Of a DNA stretch of 44,188 nucleotides, positions 29,602 through 38,199 are shown piece after piece. The translations under genes and the position numbers were made by a program. The number at the start of each line of letters is the position of its first letter. Position 1 is the stretch's first letter. The stretch lies in the sequence record SRR31156797_3584; one strand, written 5' to 3'. Under the pieces are notes generated by a model. That model had not been told where the DNA came from, made no database searches, and saw only the letters and a program-made list of their open reading frames with translations.

Positions 29602-29896
29602 GGTTTAGGCTGAGACTAAGGCTGAATATTAATTACCAACATTAGAATTTATGATTGTAAGTTTTTGGGGTTAGTTGCTATTTTGTTTTTATTATCCCAT
29701 TTATACTTTTGACTCAAAGCAATATTGCAATTAATTAATCCTAAAATCAGTATAGTAATAGCTGTTATTGATTTTTGTGTTTTATATGGATATTTATTTG
29801 TTATGAGACAAAAATAAAGAGTTATTTTTCATTGCTATACAAATAAGTTGAATTTTGATTTAAAAAAGCTAATTTTATAGAGTATAAACCAACTAT

Positions 29897-31969
29897 ATGA
29901 AAACTATTCTCAAAATAGTTCTAATATTTTTATTCTCTTTTCATTTTTGTTTCCTTTCAGGCCAAAATATGAAAGCTGACTCAATAGCTCAATTGTTAAA
30001 AGGCCATAAGGAACAGGATACTGCAAAAGTGAATCTTTATATAAAACTTGCCCTTAATATTTACTATACTGATACAGATACTGTAAAAGTTCTTGCTCAA
30101 AACGCTTATGAGTTGTCTGAGAAATTAAACTATAAAAAGGGAATAGCAAACAGTCAAAGAGTTTTTGGAATTTATTACGATATAAAGGCAAATTATCCGA
30201 AAGCGCTTGAGCATTATCATAAAGCACTTAGAATAGCTGAAGAAATAGGAGATCAGAAGATTATTTCTGATTGTTTAAATAGTATAGGTATTATTTACAC
30301 AGACCAGGGTAATCCAGCGGAGGCCAAAGAGTATTTCGAAAAAGCATTGACAATATATAAGGAATTAGGATATATCAGTGATGTCTCCGATTGCTACAAT
30401 AATTTAGGGGTTGTTTATTATGATTTGAAACAAATAGATAAGTCATTAGAATATTATTTGAAATCCATAGAAAATTACAAAAAACTTAATAATGAGGGCG
30501 GTATTGCTTTAGTGTTAAATAATATTGGGGAGATATACAGAGACAAAGGAGATTATGATTTAGCATTAGATTATTTTAATGGTGCTTTGGCTATTTCTAA
30601 AAGAATAGGTGATGTATATGGTGTTAGTTATTTATATATGGATATCGCTTCTGTATACATATTAACTGAAGAATATACAAGAGCAAATGTCTATGCCCAA
30701 ATGAGCATGCAAATAGCATTTGAAAAAGATTATTTCGATATTCAAAAGGATGTATATCTGCAACTAGCGACAATTCATAAAAATCTGGGTGATTATAAGG
30801 ATGCTTATGAAAACCATGTTATTCATAAGAGGCTTAATGATAGCTTATATAATGAAAAGGATTTGGAGAAGAGAATTAGCCTGGAATATCACTACAGATA
30901 TGAAAAAGAAAAGGAAGAATCAAAGTTATTACAAGAAGAAGAGCTTAAGAGACAAAAGCTAATTCGTAATTCTTTTATTATTGGGTTTTTATTATTGCTA
31001 CTCCTTACCCTTCTTATAATCAGGGTGTTGCTCCAAAAGTCTAAGCTTAATAAACTTTTATCACAGAAGAATAGTAATATTCAAAATAAGAGTAAACTGT
31101 TGCAAGAACAAAATGAGGAAATCCAACAATTGTATGAAGAATTGAGTGCTGCAAATGAGGTGCTGTTTACTCAAAAAGAAGAGTTGGAAAAACACAGAAA
31201 TAATCTAGAAATTCTTGTTAAGGAGAGAACTATTGAATTGGAGCGAGCAAAAGATAAAGCTGAAGAGTCTGACCGATTAAAATCTGCATTTTTGGCCAAC
31301 ATGTCTCATGAAATACGAACCCCGCTAAATGCCATACTCGGATTTGCAGATTTATTGGCCGATCCTGAGGTAGATCAAAATACAAAAGATGAGCTTTATT
31401 CTCACATGAACCATAGTACTGAAACACTTTTGAAGTTGATCGATGATATTTTTGATATTGCAAAGATTGAATCAGGACAATTGACAATAAAAAAGGAGCA
31501 TGTTACTGTAATGGAATTAATGAAAAAATTGAAGCCTGTTTATGAGGATAAAAAGGTCAAATTGGACAAATCAGATATCACCATTAATTTTTGTCCGTCA
31601 TCTAAAGATCTCGTTTTATATACCGATCCAATTAGACTACAGCAAATACTAATTAACCTTATCGATAATGCTCTTAAATTTACGGAATCCGGATTTGTAG
31701 AAATCACCTGTGATAAGGATAAATCAAATGCAGACAAGATTGTTTTTTCTGTAAAGGACTCTGGTATTGGTATGGATCAAAAGCAAGTAGATTACATCTT
31801 TGAACGATTTATTAAGCTTGAAGAGGATACTACAAAAATATATCGTGGTGCAGGATTAGGTTTGGCAATTTGTAAAAATATTGTTGAATTGCTGGGTGGA
31901 GAGTTATGGGTTGAAAGTGAAGTGGGAAAGGGAAGTACATTTTATTTTTCAATCCAGATTGAAAAATAA
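29897..31969 (+). CDS. TPR-repeat sensor histidine kinase (HisKA + HATPase_c, no receiver)
   Basis: Periplasmic TPRs (NSIGIIY, NNLGVVY, NNIGEIY), TM helix, FLANMSHEIRTPLN, NLIDNALKFT, DSGIG, GAGLGLAI. Confidence 0.92.
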   Translation: MKTILKIVLIFLFSFHFCFLSGQNMKADSIAQLLKGHKEQDTAKVNLYIKLALNIYYTDTDTVKVLAQNAYELSEKLNYKKGIANSQRVFGIYYDIKANYPKALEHYHKALRIAEEIGDQKIISDCLNSIGIIYTDQGNPAEAKEYFEKALTIYKELGYISDVSDCYNNLGVVYYDLKQIDKSLEYYLKSIENYKKLNNEGGIALVLNNIGEIYRDKGDYDLALDYFNGALAISKRIGDVYGVSYLYMDIASVYILTEEYTRANVYAQMSMQIAFEKDYFDIQKDVYLQLATIHKNLGDYKDAYENHVIHKRLNDSLYNEKDLEKRISLEYHYRYEKEKEESKLLQEEELKRQKLIRNSFIIGFLLLLLLTLLIIRVLLQKSKLNKLLSQKNSNIQNKSKLLQEQNEEIQQLYEELSAANEVLFTQKEELEKHRNNLEILVKERTIELERAKDKAEESDRLKSAFLANMSHEIRTPLNAILGFADLLADPEVDQNTKDELYSHMNHSTETLLKLIDDIFDIAKIESGQLTIKKEHVTVMELMKKLKPVYEDKKVKLDKSDITINFCPSSKDLVLYTDPIRLQQILINLIDNALKFTESGFVEITCDKDKSNADKIVFSVKDSGIGMDQKQVDYIFERFIKLEEDTTKIYRGAGLGLAICKNIVELLGGELWVESEVGKGSTFYFSIQIEK

Positions 31970-32022
31970 TCACTGTATGGCAGGAAGTCACCCTATTCCA
32001 TACAGTGATTTTCTTTTTTTTA
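31968..32022. terminator. Hairpin terminator between convergent genes
   Basis: AATCACTGTATGG ... CCATACAGTGATT followed by a T-tract. Confidence 0.75.
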
Positions 32023-32025
32023 TTA

Positions 32026-33402
32026 CTAATTTGTAATTTCATTCATCCATTCAATGCAAGCTTTCGCAATTCCCGGATGGTATGACTTCATCAAATGGCT
32101 AAAGTATTGTCCATCAGAGTTTGCACTTACGTTTTCTTCCATTGATCCAAACTTAGCAAAACCGTGATCTGCTTGAGGAATGATTTTATAACTTCCTTTT
32201 CCTGGATTTTTCTCATTTATCACATTAGCAATCCCAATTACATGATCAGCATTGAGTGCCTGAATATCATACTCACCATAAATAGCCAACACATGAGAAT
32301 TACATTTTTGCCAGTTTTCGGTGAGATTTACATCATTAAGCGATTGCCAAAAACGATAATGTCTTCCAATGTACATTCCTTGCTTAAATTGTTCCCATAG
32401 ACCTTCAGATTCAAGCTGTGCCTGATATTGCTTGTTAGTCAACATCTTTTCCAAAGGCTCTTTTTTTACGAGCATGTCGTAATGAAATGGAATGGCATTT
32501 CTTGTGGTTTGCTCTATTTGAGCATAAGGGTTTCCAAAAATTTCGCCCTGAATTCTGGTAAGATCAACCATGTATTCAAACCAGGATTTGAGAAGAGTTC
32601 CATAGGTTGCAATGCCCTTGGGATTGAATTCGGCTCCAATGACAGGAGCTACCACACCACCCATTGAATGTCCGAACAAGATGATATTTTCAGAATCAAC
32701 TCTTTCATCATTTGCTAAGGCTTTATATCCTTGACGGAAAGCTTCAATTTCTTCATTGATGTCCATTTCAAGACAATGCTTATCTCCTTTGCTATCTCCT
32801 ACGCCGGGCTTTTCAATTCTGAAAACAGCATAACCGGCATCTACAAAATCATTTATCAACTTACGTATTGATAATGAGGGAAAATCTGGAAACTCCGTTG
32901 AGCCACATGTGTAACCTTGCATAAAGAACACTACAACAGGGTTGGTTTTTCCTTTGGGCAAATAAAGAATGGAGCGTAGCGTTTGGTTTTCATATGACAC
33001 TTTTTCATAATGAATATCAGCTCCTTTGTATGTTTCATAAGACCTTCCCACAACTTCAACTTTAGCTTCCTTCCTTTTACCTTCAGAAATGTATTGCATT
33101 TTTATTTCATCTCCCGCACGAAGATCACTGATGGAATTCACCAAGTCATTGATGGTTTTTATGGATTTGCCATTGATGGTAGTAATAATATCTCCTGACG
33201 AAAGCCCAAGTTTTTCTGCGTTTGATTTTTCAGCTACACTAAGGACATAAGCGCCTCCTTCAATTTCGTTTGCATTATTAATAGAGTCGCTGGGGTTTTC
33301 CATGCGAATGCCAAGCATTGCTTTGCGTTTAAGCTCCTGTGCTTCACAACCAATTATTGTTAACAGGATAAAACTTGTAAGAAATAAAAAGTGTCTTTTC
33401 AT
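32026..33402 (-). CDS. PDZ-domain alpha/beta hydrolase (serine peptidase/esterase), exported
   Basis: N-terminal PDZ (LGIRM, GL..GDII..ING), KPGVGDS, GHSMGG nucleophile elbow, GEYD, ADH. Confidence 0.85.
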   Translation of the reverse strand: MKRHFLFLTSFILLTIIGCEAQELKRKAMLGIRMENPSDSINNANEIEGGAYVLSVAEKSNAEKLGLSSGDIITTINGKSIKTINDLVNSISDLRAGDEIKMQYISEGKRKEAKVEVVGRSYETYKGADIHYEKVSYENQTLRSILYLPKGKTNPVVVFFMQGYTCGSTEFPDFPSLSIRKLINDFVDAGYAVFRIEKPGVGDSKGDKHCLEMDINEEIEAFRQGYKALANDERVDSENIILFGHSMGGVVAPVIGAEFNPKGIATYGTLLKSWFEYMVDLTRIQGEIFGNPYAQIEQTTRNAIPFHYDMLVKKEPLEKMLTNKQYQAQLESEGLWEQFKQGMYIGRHYRFWQSLNDVNLTENWQKCNSHVLAIYGEYDIQALNADHVIGIANVINEKNPGKGSYKIIPQADHGFAKFGSMEENVSANSDGQYFSHLMKSYHPGIAKACIEWMNEITN

Positions 33403-33537
33403 GGTTATTGGGTTTTAGGTTTATATTAAAAGACTTAAAGGTATTTTATTTTTTGCCTAAAAACCAAATAGTTGCAAAAATGCACAGTTGTGAACAGGAG
33501 ATGTTCGTTTTAGAAATGTTGATAAACTAGAGAATGA

Positions 33538-33574
33538 TAAAAAAACAGCGACCAATATTGATCGCTGTTTTTTA
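33538..33574. terminator. Terminator downstream of the Omp28/T9SS gene
   Basis: TAAAAAAACAGCGA-CCAATATTGA-TCGCTGTTTTTTA. Confidence 0.8.
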
Positions 33575-33589
33575 ATATTATTTTAAAAA

Positions 33590-35581
33590 CTATTCAATAA
33601 TTAGTTTTACCATTGAAGTATTACGTTCAGAGCGTAATTCTACAAAATATACACCTTTATCGAAATTTGAAATGTCAATTGACTGAAGTTTTGTTCTATA
33701 AGGAACATCTTCATAAATCAATTGTCCACCAACATTATACATTTTTATGCTGCTTAATAATTCTTCACTTTGGATATTAAAGACTTTATTAGCAGGGTTT
33801 GGATAACATTTAAATGCAGTTGCATTATTTTCTGCAAGACCTGTTGGACTTACAGAGATGTATGCTTCTTTTGTTATTGTAAAGCTTTCTTCTGTTTCAT
33901 TTGTAACAGTTAGGGTTATTGTGTATTCACCCTCATCAACAAATGTATGAGTGGGATTTTGTTCGTTTGAGTCTTCAACACCATCATTATCAAAGTCCCA
34001 AGACCATGAAGCAACAGTTCCTCCTGTAGTTTCATCAGTAAAACTCACTTCCAGAGGTGCAATTCCACTAACAACATCTGCAGAAAAATCTGCCGATAAT
34101 ACAGTACCACCTATTAATTCAATATGAGAAGCGTTAGCAATAATACCAGTGTTGTCGTCAATTAGTAAAACAACTAAATCTACATTTTCAGGTACAAAAT
34201 CGCTTGCTAAAGTGTGAGTGAACTCATAAGTATATGGTGTTCCATAGACAACATCTGCAGGAATAATTCCGGAGATACCATCCCATCCACCTACCAATAC
34301 TCTACCAACATGATTGTAAACCATATCAGCAGCAGGTACAGGATTTGATAAGTCAGCCCAGTTTGTGCCGTCCCAGTCAATAAGGTCACCATAATTACCA
34401 CCGGAATAATAATTGGCCTGATTCCATTGAGAAGTAGTTCCTGAAAGGCCACTTTCTACAATTACCATTGCCACATTGTATGAGGTTCCGGTCAAATCCA
34501 TAGCAAAATTAGTAGTTGCTTCTACTGTGATATCTCTTGTTTCAGAATCCCAGGCTCTATCAGTAATTTCTATTTTCGCCAATGGAATTTCTCCTTTTGC
34601 TGCCAAATAAGCAGGCTCTAAACTTGAAAGCCCTGGATCAAACACATTTTCTCTATTCATAACCCCACTTGGATATCCACTAATAAAATTTCCTATACCA
34701 TTATCATATGCACTAACAGTCATTGGATCACCATTATGAACTCCAATACCAATCCATGTACCATCAGTATAGTTATGTCCCATCGTGTTTAAACCAACTA
34801 AACCCCGTGGACACCATCCACACCAGGTTCCGGTTCCTTCTTCGTAGACTACGTTTTTAACAAAAATTTCATTGACGCATAGAATACTAGCGGTCAGTGT
34901 ATCATTTGATGGAAAATCATCTTCTCCTTCACCATTGATATTCATTATTATTAGTTCCAGGTCGTGTTCTCCAACAGTAATATCGGCTAAAGCCGGGTGA
35001 ATAAAATCATAACTTTCATTGAATCCAATATCCAATCCGTCAAAGGTTGTAACATCACCTTCTACACCATCAATTGAATACACAGCATCGAAAGATGTAA
35101 TAGGAGTATCTCTTTCACTGCGAACAGTACCTTTAATTTCAACATCACCTTCAGCTACTTTTGGTGCAATGTCAAATTCTATTAGGTTCAAATCAGTTCC
35201 TGCAGAAGAACATACATTTGTAAAAACAAAGAATTCTCCTGGATCCGGAGCTTCCAATGGTTCACACACGTAAACGTCAATTCCAATTCCATTTGTAACT
35301 GTAAATGAGCACTCTTCAGGATATGATCCAGCTGTCCAAACTAAACTAATATCAGTCATGTCGGGAGCAGAAATGGTAGCTGATCCTGAAGACCCACTTG
35401 AAAAGGTTGCTGTGCCTAGCAAAGTGGCGCCATCATAAACCTTAACAGAAGCACCATTCCAGCCATCACCATAGGAGTCGGCCATATCAATAACGATATC
35501 GCATTGTGCAGATACTAAGTTAATACTTCCAAAAAAGAAAAACGCAAATGCTACTAGAGAGAGTAAAAATCTTTTTTTCAT
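33590..35581 (-). CDS. T9SS-sorted multidomain protein with Omp28-like thioredoxin-fold and PKD domains
   Basis: DSYGDGWNG N-domain, EEGTGTWCGWCPRG, VHNGDPM, HVGR, PKD (SWSWDFDNDG..NPTHTF), YPNPA...GVYFV..KLIIE CTD. Confidence 0.85.
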   Translation of the reverse strand: MKKRFLLSLVAFAFFFFGSINLVSAQCDIVIDMADSYGDGWNGASVKVYDGATLLGTATFSSGSSGSATISAPDMTDISLVWTAGSYPEECSFTVTNGIGIDVYVCEPLEAPDPGEFFVFTNVCSSAGTDLNLIEFDIAPKVAEGDVEIKGTVRSERDTPITSFDAVYSIDGVEGDVTTFDGLDIGFNESYDFIHPALADITVGEHDLELIIMNINGEGEDDFPSNDTLTASILCVNEIFVKNVVYEEGTGTWCGWCPRGLVGLNTMGHNYTDGTWIGIGVHNGDPMTVSAYDNGIGNFISGYPSGVMNRENVFDPGLSSLEPAYLAAKGEIPLAKIEITDRAWDSETRDITVEATTNFAMDLTGTSYNVAMVIVESGLSGTTSQWNQANYYSGGNYGDLIDWDGTNWADLSNPVPAADMVYNHVGRVLVGGWDGISGIIPADVVYGTPYTYEFTHTLASDFVPENVDLVVLLIDDNTGIIANASHIELIGGTVLSADFSADVVSGIAPLEVSFTDETTGGTVASWSWDFDNDGVEDSNEQNPTHTFVDEGEYTITLTVTNETEESFTITKEAYISVSPTGLAENNATAFKCYPNPANKVFNIQSEELLSSIKMYNVGGQLIYEDVPYRTKLQSIDISNFDKGVYFVELRSERNTSMVKLIIE

Positions 35582-35737
35582 AGCGGATAAATTATTAAGA
35601 GGTTAGTAATGAACACCAAATTTACCATTTAAATCAAAATAACAAAACTTTAACATAAGAATTTAGATAGATAAAAATTCAGAAATCTACCAAAATGGAT
35701 ATGTAATTATGAGGAAATGTGAAGGTGAGGGTTTCTG

Positions 35738-36139
35738 TTACTTGTTTTGTAGCGATGCTCTTCTATCCAGTAAAATATTTATTTCGTCGGTGCTTAAGTT
35801 TCCTTTCTTAAGTTTTTCATCGATTATTTCCAATTCGGATTTTTGAGGAACTTTTTCTGCCATGTCGTTTGATTCTGGGCTGGCTGGAGTGTTTTGGACT
35901 TCTTTTTTTAATTCAGTTAATAAGTTTTCTAGTAAGTCTCGCACAGGCTCGCCTAAATGTTCAAAAGTGTCATTGTCTATGCTGCTTTTAATGCTGTCAA
36001 AATGATTTAATAAGAAATCAACATCGCCGGTAACCTCTATGTTTGACTCTTTAAAGTTGTCATCTTTACGGAGTTGTTTATAGAGTGAAACCAGTTCTTC
36101 CAATAGTTCACTAAATGGACGACGTGATTCTTCAGACAT
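35738..36139 (-). CDS. Hypothetical acidic helical protein
   Basis: 133-aa ORF overlapping the tsaE stop by 8 bp; no recognised motif. Confidence 0.65.
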   Translation of the reverse strand: MSEESRRPFSELLEELVSLYKQLRKDDNFKESNIEVTGDVDFLLNHFDSIKSSIDNDTFEHLGEPVRDLLENLLTELKKEVQNTPASPESNDMAEKVPQKSELEIIDEKLKKGNLSTDEINILLDRRASLQNK

Positions 36140-36557
36140 GATCTTCTACTTTTATAATTCTTTTCGTATTATTTACGATTTCAATATAGATGTTTCTTCG
36201 TATTTCTGGTAATAAAGTTTCAACTTTTTCCGGCCATTCCAAAAAACAAAGTTCACCACTATCAAAATATTCCATGGTGCCTATGCCAAGGGCTTCTTCT
36301 ATGCTATCCAACCTGTAAAAATCAAAATGATATATTAAATCACCACTTTCATTTTCGTATTCGTTTATGAGATTAAAAGTTGGACTGCTAATTGTTTGAT
36401 TAACCTTCAATGCCTTACAAATTCGTTGAATGAAGGTCGTTTTTCCCGCACCCATTTCTCCATAAAAAGCCCAAATAGTTGGTCCACTATGATTCAGCAA
36501 ATCTTTTGCCACATTTGTTAAATCTTCAACACTTGCTATTTCGTATGTTTTTAACAT
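36132..36557 (-). CDS. tsaE: tRNA threonylcarbamoyladenosine biosynthesis ATPase TsaE
   Basis: GEMGAGKTT, SSPTF, YHFDFYRL, EWPE. Confidence 0.96.
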   Translation of the reverse strand: MLKTYEIASVEDLTNVAKDLLNHSGPTIWAFYGEMGAGKTTFIQRICKALKVNQTISSPTFNLINEYENESGDLIYHFDFYRLDSIEEALGIGTMEYFDSGELCFLEWPEKVETLLPEIRRNIYIEIVNNTKRIIKVEDHV

Positions 36558-36571
36558 GGGTGCAAAAATAA

Positions 36572-38122
36572 TTATCCTTTTGGCTTTAAGACAGCAAATG
36601 GTATTAAAAGTTCTTCCATTGATATACCCCCATGCTGGAAGGTATCTTTATAATATTTTACATAATGGTTGTAATTATTCGGATAGGCTAAAAAATCCTG
36701 TTCTTTTGCAAAAATAAACTTTGAACTAATGTGTGGAGTTGGTAGAAATACATCCTTAGGATTTTTTACCTCGTATACTTCTTTGTAATTGTAATTGAGG
36801 TTTTTACCGTGCTTGTACCTTAGGTTGGTTGTGGTTTTTCGATCGCCAATAACTTTTACAGGGTTATTGATTCTAACTGAACCATGATCAGTAGTAATGA
36901 TAACTTTTATTCCTCTTTCACTCGTCGTTTTTAATACTTCATAAAGGTTTGAATGCTCAAACCATGAATTGGTTAATGATCGATAAGCTGCTTCATCTCT
37001 GGCCAATTCTTTTATCATATCCATTTCAGTACGTGCATGCGAAAGCATATCGACAAAGTTATATACAAGCACAGACAATTGATTGTCTAGTACCTGGTCA
37101 ATGTTGTCAATGATTTTCTGACCTTGATTGCGGTTTAGTATTTTTTTATAAGTCCATCGATATTGTTTGCCAAAACGTTTTAGTGCATGACCCAATAATT
37201 CTTCCTCATGAAGGTTTTTACCACCTTCTTCTTCATCGTTTAGCCACAAATCAGGATATAATTTTTCAATTTCAGAAGGCATTAGCCCGGCAAATAAGGA
37301 ATTACGAGCATATTGTGTAGCTGTTGGAAGTATACTACTAAAAACCTCTTCCGTTTCAATATCAAATAATTGCGAGAAATGTGGTTTAAGCATCCAATAC
37401 TGGTCAAGACGTAGGTTATCGATTACAATTAAAAGTGTTTTTTGATTGTCTGCTTCTGGTAATATTTTTTTCTTTAATAATTGATGAATCATTAAAGGCC
37501 TATCACCTTCTCCCTGAAACCAATTGGCATAGTTTGATTTTACATATTTGAAGAACTCCGTATTGGCAGTTGATTTTTGCATTTGAAGTACTTCATCCAT
37601 TCCCTCTACACCGTTGGATTGTATTTCTGTTTCCCAATAAACTAATTTTTTATAAACTTGTACCCAGTCGTCAAAGGTTTGACATTCATTAATTTGCATT
37701 CCAATTTGACTGAAAGTTCTTTGATATGAAGATGTAGTTTTTTCACTAACCAGGCGACTGTGATCAATATTCTTTTTAAGTGAAAGTAAAATTTGGTTGG
37801 GGTTTACTGGTTTAATTAGGTAATCCTGAATTTTACTTCCTATGGCCTCTTCCATGATTTGTTCTTCTTCACTCTTTGTGATCATTACAATAGGAACTTC
37901 ACTTCGAATTTCCTTCATTTGCTGCAATGTTTCTAAACCACTGATCCCGGGCATATTCTCATCCAGAAAAACGATGTCGTATCGGTTTTCTTTAAGCATC
38001 GTAATTCCATCTTCTCCATTGTTGGCCGATTCAACTTCGTAGCCTTTTTTTTCTAGAAATAATATGTGTGGTTTTAATAAATCGATTTCATCATCGACCC
38101 AAAGAATTTTTATTGTTCGCAT
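36572..38122 (-). CDS. porX: PorX: receiver domain plus PglZ (alkaline-phosphatase-like) T9SS regulator
   Basis: ILWVDDEIDLLKPH, FLDENMPG, IDNLR.DQ, LPTATQYARN, TTDHG, FQHGGIS; upstream of tsaE. Confidence 0.93.
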   Translation of the reverse strand: MRTIKILWVDDEIDLLKPHILFLEKKGYEVESANNGEDGITMLKENRYDIVFLDENMPGISGLETLQQMKEIRSEVPIVMITKSEEEQIMEEAIGSKIQDYLIKPVNPNQILLSLKKNIDHSRLVSEKTTSSYQRTFSQIGMQINECQTFDDWVQVYKKLVYWETEIQSNGVEGMDEVLQMQKSTANTEFFKYVKSNYANWFQGEGDRPLMIHQLLKKKILPEADNQKTLLIVIDNLRLDQYWMLKPHFSQLFDIETEEVFSSILPTATQYARNSLFAGLMPSEIEKLYPDLWLNDEEEGGKNLHEEELLGHALKRFGKQYRWTYKKILNRNQGQKIIDNIDQVLDNQLSVLVYNFVDMLSHARTEMDMIKELARDEAAYRSLTNSWFEHSNLYEVLKTTSERGIKVIITTDHGSVRINNPVKVIGDRKTTTNLRYKHGKNLNYNYKEVYEVKNPKDVFLPTPHISSKFIFAKEQDFLAYPNNYNHYVKYYKDTFQHGGISMEELLIPFAVLKPKG

Positions 38123-38199
38123 GGTTTAGGTATTTAATTGAATTTATCTGCAATACTTACTATTAAAACAAACTATATATTGATGGGTTTATTGCCATA

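Noticed and set aside
29598-29628. Hexamer-like run TGAGGT TTAGGC TGAGAC TAAGGC TGA after the helical-repeat gene
   Set aside because: Only about five degenerate units with no inverted partner; cannot be distinguished from chance
36572-38122. BREX defence system suggested by the PglZ domain
   Set aside because: Receiver-PglZ architecture next to tsaE is the housekeeping PorX; no brxC, pglX or brxL genes nearby
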